Below are positions 11,043 through 24,805 of a stretch of 64,000 nucleotides of DNA, piece after piece; position 1 is the stretch's first letter, and each line of letters starts with the position of its first letter. A model generated the notes under the pieces. That model was not told the DNA's origin. It did no database searches and saw nothing but the letters and a program-made list of their open reading frames with translations. The DNA is taken from positions 333,498,001 to 333,562,000 of the forward strand of contig OZ024742.1 of the NCBI GenBank assembly GCA_964016885.1, written 5' to 3'. This DNA is from Eledone cirrhosa. Taxonomy: Eukaryota. The position numbers and the translations under genes are program-made.

Positions 11043-14000
11043 ATGACCTCACTCAGAATAGGCAGCATAAATGCGCGTGGCTTGGGGTCGTCATGGAAGC
11101 AGGGTCACCTGCTCAACGACCTCAGGTCACTAAACATAGATGTAGTGGCCATCAGCGAGACCAGAATCTCCGAAGCACGGGCCTTCGCACCGATCTTCGG
11201 CGGCTACGATGTGTACGCATCTCCCAGCCGTCCTGGATCGGGTGGAGGAGTTGCTGTGCTTTTTCGGAGAGGTTTGGATCTCGCCATACGGGCCATCTTC
11301 CTGGACCCAGAGGGTAAGCTGGTGGTGCTGGACGTGACCAGCGGAGACGGGCAAGCTTTCAGGCTAGTGGCCGTCTATGCCCCGACAGGAGCAGGGCGAC
11401 CTGATTTCTTCCGGCGTCTGGAGACCTTTCTTGGAACGTCCCGCTCTTTAGTGTTAGTGGGCGACTGGAACGGGATCTTAGATGCACGCTGGGACTGTGT
11501 GGGATTAGCGGATAGGGGTGGAGGGTGCAAGAGCCTCACCAACCTGCTCAGGCGTTTTGAACTGTCTGACAGGTACCGATTGGATTTCCCGAATGTGCCA
11601 ATGTGGACTTGGACAAACCGCATAGGGTCATCCAGATCATATCTAGATAGAGTATTTTGTAGGGAAATAGATAGGTCTAGCATAGGCTGTCCACAATTCA
11701 AGATAGTCAGCTACACGGACCACAAATTCGTGACCTGTGTGCTTGACTTAGATAGGCTTCATAGACGAGGACCCGGCTACTGGAAGCTAAACGCGTCCTT
11801 ACCAGCGCGCAAGGCCTACAGAGACCGGATTAGCGAACTAGTTAAGCGGGCGTTGACGGGGGCCATCGTCAACAACAAGTGGTGGTTTGCTCTGAAAAGA
11901 GCGATTAGAATAGAATCGATTAGGTTTAGTAAGGCTTTAGCAATAGAGAAAAATAGAGCAGAGGGAGAACTAGTTAGAAAATTAGACGAGGCGCTTAGCA
12001 AAGGCATTGCGACCGACGTGCTTGCGGCGAAATTGGCCCTTGACCAATTCTTCAATGCAAAGCACGAAGGCTGCGTTGTCAGAGCTAGGGTGCGTGCTCT
12101 CAGACACGAGGGGACGAAAGCCGTTCAATGGGCCCGAGTGGCGGAGGCGCGTCGTGGCAACAAAGCCACGATCCGGTCTTTGGTGGACCACGACGGGCGC
12201 ATGCTACTCGATCCCGGGCAAATGTGTGAAGCTTTTCAGCGACACTTCGCTCAGCTGTTCGGGGGCAGCGGGGGGCCGGGTAGAGGGATGGACTTTAGTG
12301 TCTACCTCGACGGACTGCCGCGGCTCTCGGCCACTGAGGCGAGGTGTTGCGAAAAGCCGATAACAGCCGCTGAAGTACGGGAGGCAATGACTGGCTGCAC
12401 AAGGGGTAAATCGCCTGGTTTGGATGGTCTGCCCTATGAACTTTACGTACAGATGCCAGACTTGTTAGGAGGCCTTTTGGCGGACGTCTACTGCAACTGG
12501 CAACAGAACGGGAGAATTCCCAGTTCTGTGAGCCGAGGAGCGGTGGCACTGCTGAGAAATGATCCGAACAAGGGGGATAACATAGACAATTTCCGGCCCA
12601 TAACTCTGCTAAACACAGAGTTTAAGATTTTGGCCAAGGTGCTAGCAAAGAGGTTGGCGCTTGTCGTTGGTGGTCTGGTGGGAGAGGCGCAGACATGCGC
12701 CATTCCCGACAGATCCATCCACGACAACCTCCACCTCATGCGATACATCGTAGAGAGGGTAGCTAGGGAACCTGGCACGGGTGGGTCCTTGATAAATTTA
12801 GATCAGTCGAAAGCTTTCGATAGGGTCGACCATCGTTACCTAGCGGCAGTCCTGAGGGCGGCTGGCTTTGGGCCCGTCTTCAGAGGCTGGATCCCTGCCA
12901 TGCACAGCGACATCTGCTCTGTGGTGAGAGTGAACGGTCACCTGTCGGAACCGTTCAACATCATGCGCTCGGTCCGCCAAGGATGTCCCCTCTCGTCCCT
13001 CTTGTACGTATTGACTCTCGAGCCATTACTGCACAAACTGGAGACGTTGAGGGGAGTCCCGCGCGAACTAGGATGCGGAAGAGCCGTGTCCGCATATGCG
13101 GACGATGTCACCGTAGTGGTGTCGAACGCCAAACACATCGAGGCGATCGGCACTACACTAAGAGAATACGAAGCGGTGACAGGAGCAATGATCAACCAGG
13201 AAAAGTCAGTGGGCCTGCAGCTCGGCACCTGGAGAGGAAGGTCCATGCCGCCCAACAGCGTCGTCGGGCGCTGGACGGACGGACCGGTTAAATTGCTAGG
13301 GGTCTGGTTCGGTCCGTACCTCCAGACGGACAAAAACTGGGACGAAGTGACGAGCAGGGTGGCTTCTCTCACCCAGAAATGGGCGGAGAGGAAGCTATCC
13401 CTGAAAGGTCGAGCGGAGGTGGCTAACGCGTATATCGCGTCTGTCATCTGCTACCGCCTAACCGTCGTACCTTGTCCTAAGCCTCGCCTGACTACGCTGG
13501 AGCGTTTGCTCTTTCGCTTCTTGTGGAAGGGACGTGCTCCGATGGTCAGGCGGTCCATCTGTTGTCAACACACGCTACATGGAGGGCTGGGCATGCCGTG
13601 GCTGATGATGCGCAGGCACGCGCTCAGGCTACGACATCTCCACCTCTTCCTCGACGGTGATCAGGTGTGGTCGCCGTTTGCTAGACGCGTTTTTCCCCAG
13701 CTCGTTTCCTTGACGGAGCTGCAGTCCTGGGTCAAGCGAAGACCGAGAGGGAGCGCCTGGAGACTGGAATGTCTTCAGGCGCTCACAGCCCTCGACCAAT
13801 CGGGCAATGTGATCGGTGGAAACTCCACCTCGGCGTTCTACAGAGGATTAGTGGAGGGGAAGAGCGACGACGTACTTGGGGAAACTCTAGGCGTCGACGA
13901 AAATCAACTAGCCAATCTCTTCGGAAGAACTTTCGGGCCAGGGCCTATGGACAACTTCCAGAAATCTCTGGCCTGGCAGTGCTACCGAGGAGCCTTGCCA

Positions 14001-14461
14001 GTTCGGGATAAACTCTACAGGCATGGAGGTGCCGCCATCGGGCATGTCCGAGATGCGCGCAGGGCGACGAAACCGTCCTGCACGCACTCGTCCAGTGTCC
14101 GAAAATTGCTGACTTGTGGGTTTATGTCGAACACCTGCTGTCGCGTTTAGGACGGATCCAGCTATCATCTGAGTCTATCGTGAGGATTGCCCCGCCCTCC
14201 TCCTTTAGCCGGGAAGGGCAGGCAGTTTTTATCTGTCTGGTGGCCATGGCGAAAGAGATAGTATGGTGGACACGTTTGAAAGGGCTGAAGACGAGCACTT
14301 ACCTCTCCGGTGATGCTCTGATTGACTTTTTCAAATTTCATTTGAAAAGGAAAATCAGAGTAGAGAAGGAAGTGCTCTCTTCCCAGCATTTTGTTGAAAG
14401 ATGGGTGAGAGAAGCAAGAATGGCCCGAGTGAATGGGCCGACTCTGAGTAAATATCTGTAA
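11043..14461 (+). CDS. Tx1 ORF2: APE endonuclease, reverse transcriptase and C-terminal CCHC finger (one 1-nt frameshift near 14038)
   Basis: Uninterrupted ~1000 aa with SINARGL, SET, GDWN, SYLDR, TDH, GYWKLN, RQGCPLS and AYADD. CPRC-x8-HALVQC continues in the next frame to the stop at 14461. Confidence 0.93.
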
Positions 14462-14721
14462 ACTAAAGGTGGAAAACTGGGAGAGGGCACTTGCCTTGGT
14501 GGTCAGGGTCATTGTGGCTTTTTACTGGGCTTTCTCCACAAATGTCCCTCCGAAGTCTCCCCCCTATTGGGGAATTTTTCATTGTTATTTTCATTGTTAT
14601 TTTTGTTACATCCTCTGTTTTTGTTTTTTTACACGCAGAAATGCCCATTTGTACCGTCCTGCATTGTCCTGCACTGTCCTTAATGTCTACTTTATGTAAA
14701 CCCTTGTGGTTAATAAAGAAA

Positions 14722-14771
<50 letters not shown>

Positions 14772-14851
14772 GTTATTCCTTGAATCTCAGTCATTGATGT
14801 TGGTTAACTGGAAAGTCCGTTGGATTGAATATCAAGCCACTACCTGCAGCT

Positions 14852-17800
14852 TCAGATATTCAGGACGTATCGGAGGGTTCTTGCCGTTCCAAGCAAGCAT
14901 GCCTTTTGAAGCGTTCCAAAAAGCGTGAAGGGGCCGATTTTCTTTAACCATCCCTGGAAACCTTTGGAGATAGTCCCCAGTGCGCCTATGACAATCGGGA
15001 TCACTTTGACTTCATGGCAGTTCCAAATCCTTTTCACCTCCCACTTTAGGTCCTGGTATCGGTTAATTTTCTCCCTCTCCTTCTCTTGCACTCTCGTGTC
15101 GAACGGGCAGGCCACATCCACAATCAGGCACGATCTTTTTTCTTTGTCCACAACCACAAGGTCAGGTCTATTGTGTTCCAGTTTTTTGTCCGTCTGTATC
15201 CTAAAATCCCACAGCACCTTCACCTGACTGTTCTCCATCACCGCCTCTGGCCTATGCTCATACCATTTCTCAGAATGTGGTAGATTGTTTACTTTGCACA
15301 GGTGCCAGTGGATCACCCTGCCCATCACATCGTGTCTCCAGCCCTTATAGTGGGTCTGGGCTAGGTGTTTACACTCGGACACAATGTGAGCCACAGTCTC
15401 CTCTCTCTCTCCACAGATCCTGCACAGCGGGCTAGCCTCCTCCTTGTAGATATGGTGCTTCAACCACTTCGTTTTGAGGGCCTGCTCCTGCGCAGCCATT
15501 AGCATTCCTTCTGTAGCCTGTTTGAGGTCTCCTCTTCTCAACCAGTTCCATGTCTGTGGATCTCTAAATTCAGTTTTCTCAAAGAAGGTACTATGAAGGG
15601 ATTTTCCCTTAAGGCTGCTCTTCCTCCTTGATGTTATTTCCTCCTTGGATATCCCCTGGCCTACTGTCCCCTCCTTCAGTACAGCTCTGAGCATTGGCTC
15701 CTTACTATAGGTCACGTATTTGTATAGGTTGTTTTTCTCCATCTGAACACAGTCCTCTATGCTGATAAGACCTCTTCCACCCTCAGATCTCCTTAGGTAG
15801 AGTCTATCGACATCACTCCTCTTGTGGAACATGTTGTAGATAGTCAATAGCTTCCTAGTCTTCCTATCCATTTCTTTTTGTTCAGCAACATTCCATCTCA
15901 GAATTCCCGCACTGTACCTAATAATAGACACAGCTCGGGAATTTACTGCGCTTATGGCATTTCTGCTGTTCAGATGTGACTTCAATACGCTCCTTACTCT
16001 CCGAATGTATTCAGTTCTTAACAATTCCTTCATTTTTTTGTTCTTTATGCCATCAGCCTCCAGAACGCCCAAATACTTGTATCCTTCCTCAGAGTCAATT
16101 TCCTTTATCATCTCACCTGTTGGTATCTGGATCCCGTTACTTCTGCTCAACCTACCCCTCCTCATCACAATGACTCCACATTTACCAATACCAAACTGCA
16201 TACATATATCACTGCTGAAAATACGGACAGTGTCAACAAGCACATCCAACTCCTTCTCACTTTTCCCGAAGAGCTTAAGATCGTCCATGAAGAGGAGGTG
16301 ATTGATGGTAAGCTCTCCCCTTCCCAACTTGTATCCTGCTCTCACTTTTCGCAGCATAATGGTCAAGGGCATCAGGGCAAGGACAAACAACAGAGGGGAC
16401 AGGCTATCTCCCTGGAAGATACCTCTCTTGATCTTCACGCTTCCCAAGGATACTCCAGTTGATGTCAACTCTGTCTCCCAGGACCCCATACTCCTGCCCA
16501 GCAACTGTCTGATGTTATCTGCCACCCTGAACATCTCCAGGCTTTTGGTGATCCAGGAATGAGGCACCATGTCAAATGCCTTTCTGTAGTCTATCCATCC
16601 CATGGCAAGATCAGTGTGTCTCCTCCTGCAATTCCCCATTACCATCTTATCAATAAGCAACTGGCCCTTTGTACCACGTGACTTCTTTCAGCATCCTTTC
16701 TGTTCGTCCGGTAACAAGTTGTTTGTGTGGAGGTGATGGTAGATTTCCTCAGACACAATGCTCGTCAACAGTTTCCACATTACGGGCAGACATGTGATAG
16801 GTCTATAGTTGGTAACATCATTACCCTTGATTCGGTCTTTCATTATCAGAACTGTGGTACCTTTTGTCAACCACTCTGGCACCTCACCCGACACCAAGCA
16901 GTCATTGAACATGGCCGTCAGCTTCGGGTGGAGGGATGTTAAATGTTTAATCCAATACCCCTGCACACCATCTGGGCCTGGTGATTTCCAGTTGGTTAGT
17001 TCTTTGGCTTGCCCCTTAAGAGTTTCAACTGTGATACTCAAATCAGTCTGTTGTTGTGCCTGCTCACCGATCTCCCTCTGTACTGTCTCAATCCACCCTG
17101 CCTGGGCATTGTGTCTAACATCCTGCTCCCATATTCCTCTCCAGAATGTTTTAGCTTGTTCCGCCCCAGGGATCAAGTCGTTGCCTCTTTCTTTCCCCTC
17201 AAGCTGTCCAAACAGCATCTTCTGGTTGTTGTCGAACATGCGGTTCTGTTTATACTGACTGACTCTGTTCTCGTATCGCCTGATTTTGGCACTCTTTGCT
17301 ACAATGCGTTGCTTCAATTCCTCTATGATAATATTTAGCTTTTTACTCCTAGTTTTGTATTTTATTTCCAGTCTATTTTTAGTGCCTATGTTTTTTAGTG
17401 TCCCATTCAGTAGTGACTCAAGCTTTCCTATGTCATTTCTCATTTCCCCGATTTGCCCACTCAGTCGCTTCTTCCACCACGGCTCTGCTCTTTCTTGTCT
17501 GTTGTTTCCTCTCGCTTTTATACCAAGTAGTTTCCTCACCGTATTTGCTGTTGCTTTGAGGATATTGTTGCACTGGTGAAGACTCCTCGCCTCAAGGTAT
17601 GGGATGACTTTGTTTACCTTAGCTGTTGTTTCTTTTAACTTTTTCCTGTCTACAAATCTTAGGTTCATAGGTCTCCCACTATCATTGTTCAACTCATCTA
17701 CCACTAAATTTAGGATGTCAACCGAATCTTGTCCTAGCCCGTCAGCATTCATCTCCTCAGTGGCCGTATCTCTGTTCCAGGTATTATTTATCTCAGTATT

Positions 17801-18244
17801 CAGATCATTGTCTGCTTCGGGTGGTTCCTCCGTTCTCAGGACCTCCTCACCTTCATTTCCCGCCACCTCGCTTGTCTGGCATACTACACCCGCCATCTCC
17901 AAGCCATTCTCTCTGCTCAGTTCCTCCAGTTCCAGCTCGCTTATCCACCCATTAGTTCTTATTACCCGAGCCTGCCCGGCCAATTTTTGTTCATCTAATT
18001 TAAATAAACCAATCTCGTTCCAGATGTTATGCATCCGTCTCCTGTAGCCCCTCTCCTTGGGGTTACTTTTCAGGTAGCATTGCATAACAGTTCTATTCAA
18101 TTCTTTCGTCCAGTTGGTTCTGGCCCCTTTCCTTCTTCTTCTTGCTCCAACATCAGCAGTATTTGGTTGACAGTCAGGTTCCTGCTGCTGAGCCAGGGGG
18201 CACCTGTTGGGTGAGAGTCTGTCACATGACGTTCTAGTCTCCAT
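14852..18244 (-). pseudogene. Dong-A ORF (RT, CCHC, PD-(D/E)xK endonuclease), one in-frame stop
   Basis: ORFs 16688-18244 and 14852-16660 are in the same frame, separated by CGA>TGA at 16688-16690. Motifs WTKELN..VMQCY, GIFQGDSLSP, FMDD, CRICGEREETVAHIVSEC, RHD and RPDLVVVD...DVACP. Confidence 0.93.
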
Positions 18245-18824
18245 TTCACCGTTATTCGAACTGTTTATGTTCGATATTTAAACACTCTTATCGAGGATTG
18301 GCGAATGTATGTTTACATAGCCATCTGTGGATCCGCCATCCCACTTGGCCCTTGTGTGGCATTATCACCACGCTGTATACGGACACACATAAACAAACAA
18401 ACACACGGGCAGAAAGGGCCCCAAAAATGAATAAGCATAAGTTTCATTGTAATGTAGTATTCGAATGTCTGACTTAGTTTTTGTTTTTTAAGTTTTACTT
18501 TTTCCCCCCTCTTCTTCTCTGTCCGTCCGCCTGCTTTTCTCTTCATTCTTATTTTCTTTACGTTTTTGGGGTTTCTTTTTTGTTTTTGTTTTTTTCTGTT
18601 TGTTTTTCTCGTTTTTTGCTGTTGTTGCTGTGCTGCTGTGGTTTTGTTGTTTGTTTTTTCTTTTTTCTTTTGAGTCTATCTATATATTTTGATGCCTTCC
18701 TCTTTGTTAGTAGTAGGAATTCTATAATGTGGAAGTGGCAGCCAGCAGAGACTGGCGGCGTTGCCGATACTGAGACAGTGGTGGTGGTGATGTCGATACC
18801 GAGGCAGTGGTGGCGGTGATGCGA

Positions 18825-19489
18825 CCGTATTACTGTAGTGATGGTGCTGTAGCGGTGGCAGCAGCAGTGAAGGAGTCAAGGGGTGGTGGCGGCGGTGATG
18901 GGATAGTGGTGGTAATGATGGCCGTAGTGAGCGGTGGCGGTGAATGTGAAAATGCTGTTGTGTTTAGTGTACACAGATGATGGGGTGGGTGGTGTATCTA
19001 GTTTCTGGTGTTGGTGAGTTTAGCTGTCCTATATAGTGTAGCCAGAGGAGAGGAGGGGGGGGTTCTTCTTCTTCCATTTATAGCCATTTTATTTTTTTAT
19101 TTTTTTATTTTTTTTTTTTGGATATACAGTGTACAATACAAAGTTGAATATTTGAATATTTGAGCCGTATTAGTGTAGTGATGGTGCTGTAGCGGTGGCA
19201 GCAGCAGTGAAGGAGTCAAGGGGTGGTGGCGGCGGTGATGGGATAGTGGTGGTAATGATGGCCGTAGTGAGCGGTGGCGGTGGCGGTGAAAATGCTGTTG
19301 TGTTTAGTGTACACAGATGATGGGGTGGGTGGTGTATCTAGTTTCTGGTGTTGGTGAGTTTAGCTGTCCTATATAGTGTAGCCAGAGGAGAGGAGAGGGG
19401 GGGGGGGTTCTTCTTCTTCCATTTATAGCCATTTTTTTTTTTGGATATACAGTGTACAATACAAAGTTGAATATTTGAATATTTGAGCC
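18825..19489. repeat. ~330-340 bp tandem duplication within the Dong-A1 5' leader
   Basis: 18825-19164 is repeated at 19165-19489; the sister leader at ~36950-37260 has one unit. Confidence 0.9.
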
Positions 19490-19659
19490 TTATAACAATA
19501 TATTTGGGGTCCGAATTTTTTGGGGCTCAAGCCGGGTGCTTTACGTAGCATTTGTACTAAGAGTTGTTATTTCACAAATGATTTAAATATGTTAAAAATT
19601 CAAAACTTACGGGAGCGATTTCATGACCTCCGTCACCTCGTGCGTCTTCTTCCCTATTC

Positions 19660-19734
<75 letters not shown>

Positions 19735-19735
<1 letters not shown>

Positions 19736-22700
19736 AGTTGCATTTATCTTGCTTTATGTTCATACGAGTTATCACCAAGTCACAACCAGTGACCTCAAGA
19801 GACAACAAGGTCCGCCATGTTCAAGAGAGAACATACATTTTCACACATGCATCTTTAGTGTTTAGACTTGTGATGTACTTATATTGACAGAATCTTCCTT
19901 AGTATATGGGCAGTTCCCATCTTTTGTATTTCTCCTATACGCGGGTTTCCTGGGATTTGCGATATGTAATCATTAGACCCCTTAGGTATCATTCCCAGAG
20001 CGCCTACAACCACTGGTATTGTTTTAGTTCTCAATTTCCACATTTTCCCAATTTCTATCTCCAGGTCCTTATACTTGCTCAATTTTTCAAATGTTTTTAT
20101 AGATACATTCTTGTCTATTGGAACAGACATATCAATTAGCAGGCATACCCTCTTTTGAAAGCCTTTCAATATTATATCAGGTCTGTTTGCATCTATTTTT
20201 CGATCTGTTTGGATGCTAAAGATCCACAAGATTGAGATGTGATCTTTTTCAAGTATGGGAGGTGGTTGATGCTCCCACCAATTCTTTTGATGGGGCAGGT
20301 CAAAATGCTTACACATTATCCAATGTATGTATTGTGCAGCTCTGTCATGCCTGTTTAGGTATTCGGTTGGAGCTATAGGACTGCACATTGAAATTATATG
20401 GTCAATGGTCTCTGGTTGTTTTTTGCATACACGGCATAATGGGCTGCACCCATTTTTTATTATGTTGGCTTGGTAATTTTTTGTTGGCAGATACTGATCT
20501 TGTGCCGATATAATCAGTCCTTCAGTCTCCGATTTCAGTCCAGAGGATGCCAACCACTGATGGGTTAAAGTTTTGTCAACATCAGGATTGTTAGCTCGCT
20601 CTGGGTATTTTCCATACAGAGGCTTTTCTTGCCATTTCTTAGCCAGTTTCTGTAGCAGTTCTTTCTTTGCAGTTACTTTTACCTGCTTTGCTTTTTCTGT
20701 GTTTTCCATTTCAGCAGTAAATGGGACTTCTCAAATTTGGAGTCCGTTACTGTATCTTTGTGCATCTTTTGTAATGGAATATGATCTTTTGATGCTTTCG
20801 TGTTTCAAAACGAGTTTGATCATCCAATCATGTGATTCCCTTAGATACGTAAATAATCCAATTGTTGCAGTTTTCAACGCAATGTCTAACTGGATTAACC
20901 CACGTCCTCCTTCTTTCCTAGGGAGATATATTCTATCTATATCTGCCTTAGGGTGATGCATTCTGTGCATGGTTAAGAATTTTCGAATTTTCGTATCGAG
21001 CCTACGGATCTCTGTGCTTGACCAGTTGATGACATTGTAACTGTAGGTTACTACTGGTATGGCAAGCGTGTTTATGGCATCGATCCTATTCCTTGCATTC
21101 AATTCCGTTCTTAAGATTGCTCTTACTCTGCGGTAACATTCCTTCCTTATCCTTTCCCTCATTGTCGAGTGCTTGATTCCGTCTCCTTCACAAACACCTA
21201 GGTATTTGTAAGTTTTTTCTTGATCAAGTTCTCTTATCACGTTCCCCCGATCAAGATTAATGTCTGAACTCTTCAGCAGCTTTCCTCTGGTGAACGTTGC
21301 TTTGGCGCATTTATCTAGTCCAAACTCCATTTTAATTTCATCACTGAACTGCTTCACAGTGGATAATAGCCCTTGCAATTGTTCATCATTTTTTGCAATT
21401 AGTTTCAGGTCATCCATGTAGAACAGGTGATTAATGGTTTTGTCATAGACTTTATATCCATCTTTTGTTTTATTGAGCATTTTACTTAATGGTATAAGTG
21501 CGATGCAGAATAAAAGCGGTGATAAAGAGTCACCCTGAAAAATTCCACAATTAATATTAACTTCTCCAGCTTCCAGTGATTTTGTTTCACTATTCAAAAG
21601 GAGTGTCGTTTTCCATGTCTTCATACTGAATGACAAAAACCTCCTGACAACGGGGGATACTTTGAAAATCTCTAAACATTTTTCAATCCAACTGTGTGGC
21701 AAACTATCAAATGCATTTTTATAATCTATCCAAGCAATCGATAGATTTTTGTGTCTATTATGACAATCTTCCAGTATCATTTTGTTAACCAGAAGCTCAT
21801 CCTTACAGCCATATGAGCCTCGTTTACACCCTTTCTGCTCAATGGGAAATAGGTCATTTGTTATCAGGTGGTCATATGTGTATTCAGTTAGGACTGATGT
21901 TAACATTTTATACATTGTGGTCAAGCAAGTTATCGGTCTGTAATTTTGGGGATTGTTTGTCTCATCATTCTTCGGAAGCAGGAATGTAATGCCGTTAACT
22001 AGCCATGAAGGTATCTTTTCTGGCTCCTTAACTATTTCATTGTAAAGTTGGGCTAACAGCTCATGAGACTCTGTGAAGGCATTTATCCAAAAGTTTTGTA
22101 TTTTGGCTTTTCCTGGGGATTTCCATTTGCTGGTTTTTCTTAGAGCCAAGCGCAACTGTTCAACTGTTATATTTTCCCATGTTTGTTCCTCAAGATGAGC
22201 TGTATCTTTCATTTGTCTGTCTATCCATGAGGCATGTATGTTATGAACTTTTTCTTCGGCCCAGATCTTTTCCCAGAATTCTTGCACTTCCTCCTTGGGT
22301 GGTATTGATTTAGCAGTTATTGTTGACTTACCAATTTTTCTGTAGAAGTTTCTTTGGTTGTTTTTGAACATATTATTGTCCTTATAGAATCTAGATCGTT
22401 TTTCAAAGCGCCTTATACGAGCAGCTTTGGCCGACACTTTTTGCTTGATTATTTCTATCAGCATGTCTATGTCACATGTTGATTTTATACTGTACTTTTT
22501 TTTCTATTTTCTAAGTTTAGTTTGTTTAACATGTTCACCTACTTTATAGTTTGTTAAAATTTCTATGTCAGATCGGAGAAGGTTTATTTGGCTATTGATG
22601 TTCTCTTGCCAAGTAGATTTCTTGTGGGAATTCCTTTGATTGTTCATCTTCACTCCACATAAGTGAGTGGTGACTTTAGCCGATGCATAATAGAGATGAT

Positions 22701-24668
22701 TTAAATCAGTAATGTTTAGTTTGTTTGTGATGATAATGTTTTTGAGAATTATGTTAGTCTTGCGTATTATCTTTTGGTTCTGTTTGGAGTTCTGGATCTT
22801 AGGGAGGGTGTCTCGTTGCCCCATGTCAGATTCTTTCATTTTCATCCACTCGATCATAATTTCATCCTTCAAGTTGGCAAGTTCGTTCTCATTCATTTCT
22901 TTATCATTTACGATCTCATTATTTTCATTTGGAATTTCATCCTGAGCATGCACTCCCTCCACTTTTTCGATCCTTTCTTTAATTTGTTCTGATGCCAGTG
23001 ATTCCGCCCCAACCCTGGTATTCGAAGTGTTACAGTTTACTTCGTTTTCACTGACACATGTTTCATTTTCCCTTCGCTGACTTTGTGCTAATAGCTTGAT
23101 CTGATCAATTTCTATATCAGTTAGTAACTTTTTTCTTACAATATTTCTTCGTATATTGGCTAGTTTGTTACTGTCAATATAGCCTCTGTTTTCGGGATGT
23201 TTCTTTTTCCAGTTGATATATGTCTGTTCTGTATTCGATGTATTTGATGGGTAGTACATGGCAGTGTAGAAAGCCTCAAGGACTTCTTTATTATCTTCCC
23301 TTGACCATTTTTCTCTCTTTTTCTTTCGATTTCTTGGTGGTGAGCATGGAGGGCCAACAGTAGGAGTATTCCGATTATGGGAGGTCTCCAGCTCCGAAGT
23401 GATGGGAAGGTTTGAACCATTAGCTGATTTTTCGACCCCAGTCTGGTTCCTCTCTGAGGGACGCGGCCCTTTTTTACCCGGGTGATGGCCGATCCGGTAT
23501 GAGATTTTATCATAAGACATTTACTTTATTTTGTCGCGTTTTATCCTTATCCGCCAAGGGGTAATCATTTCGTGTTACCACTTCTAGAACGAGTGTCAAC
23601 CAAGACTAGAAGGGTAGTTCTCCCCTAGAGACACGGCTATTCCCCGCCGGCCGCCATCCCGGTATTTCTTGGTCACGGGGTTTTCTTTTTGTTGTTTTTT
23701 TAAATTGTTATTATCATTAGTGGTTCCTTAATGTGAGCATTGCGTGGCTTAAGAATGAAATTATTAATAACTGTCTCCACTCCAGGCACAAGGCCAGCAA
23801 TCACCCAGTGCATTACAATAATATAATATACTTTTTGTTGTAGTTGGCTGTTATTGTTGTTGGCTATGTCGGTTGTGGTGCCGGGGCTTTTTATATTGTT
23901 GGTGAGGAAGGGGTGAACCAACAGTCCCATAGTTGTTGATGTTGACGTTTGGCCGTGGCCAGGTCACTAAGTCAATCTATTTATATCTTTTGCTAGCCTC
24001 TCCCTTGTCTAGTGATACCGCCACCTTCCCCTTTCTCTCTCAAAGTAACAGGGTAATAGTGGTGGTAGCATTGGAGGAGTGGTGGCGGCGGGGAGATGTG
24101 GGAGACAGTAGCGGCGGTATCGATACTGAGACAGTGGTGGTGGTGATGTCGATACCGAGGCAGTGGTGGTGGTGATGTGATCGTATTACTGTAGTGATGG
24201 TGTTGTAGCGGTGGTAGCAATGAAGGAGTGGTGGCGGCGGTGATGGGATTGTGGTGGTAATGATGGCAGTAGTGAGTGGTGGTGGTGAAATTGCCGTTAT
24301 CTGGCTGTTGTGTTTAGTGTACACAGAGAGGTGATGGGATAGGTGTTGTATCTAGTTTCTGGTGTTGGTGAGATTGGTGTTGTTTGGCTGTTCTATATAG
24401 CGTATACAGAGGAGGGGGGGGGGTTCTTCTTCCATTTATAGCCATTTTCTTTTTTGAATATACAATGTACAATACAAAGTTGAATATTTGAATATTTGAG
24501 CCTTATAACAATATATTTTGGGTCCGAATTTTTTGGGGCTCAAGACGGATGCTTTACGTAGCATTTGTACTAAGAGTTGTTATTTCACAAATGATTTAAA
24601 TATGTTAAAAATTCAAAACTTACGGGAGCGATTTCATGACCTTCCGCCACCTCGTGCGTCTTCTTCCC
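19735..24668 (-). mobile_element. R4/Dong-like retrotransposon, family B, full length
   Basis: Its 3'UTR and ORF differ from family A, but it has the same 5' terminus GGGAAGAAGACGCACG; bounded by (ATT)n and (TTC)n(ATT)n. Confidence 0.93.
19879..23520 (-). pseudogene. Dong-B ORF (~1210 codons), two in-frame stops
   Basis: Three ORF pieces share one frame, with stops at 22504 and 20731. Motifs KWSREDN, GIFQGDSLSP, YMDD, CRVCKKQPETIDHIISMC, RHD and RPDII...DMSVP. Confidence 0.92.
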
Positions 24669-24679
24669 TTATTCTTCTT

Positions 24680-24793
<114 letters not shown>

Positions 24794-24805
24794 GTTGTTG
24801 TTATT

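Larger units (their letters stand above)
8698..14723 (+). mobile_element. Tx1-like non-LTR retrotransposon, copy A2, full length and nearly intact
   Basis: ~6.0 kb with the same termini as the sister copies; ORF1 and ORF2 present; (ATT)n on both sides. Confidence 0.96.
14778..19654 (-). mobile_element. R4/Dong-like RLE non-LTR retrotransposon, family A, full-length copy A1
   Basis: 3' end ...GAGATTCAAGG followed by AAT/AAC repeats; 5' end GGGAAGAAGACGCACG; single long ORF; ~1.4 kb 5' region. Confidence 0.95.

Noticed and set aside
14925-18214. Recurrent antisense ORFs in Dong and Tx1 copies
   Set aside because: They recur only because the copies are near-identical; they have no motifs and are shadows of the real ORFs.
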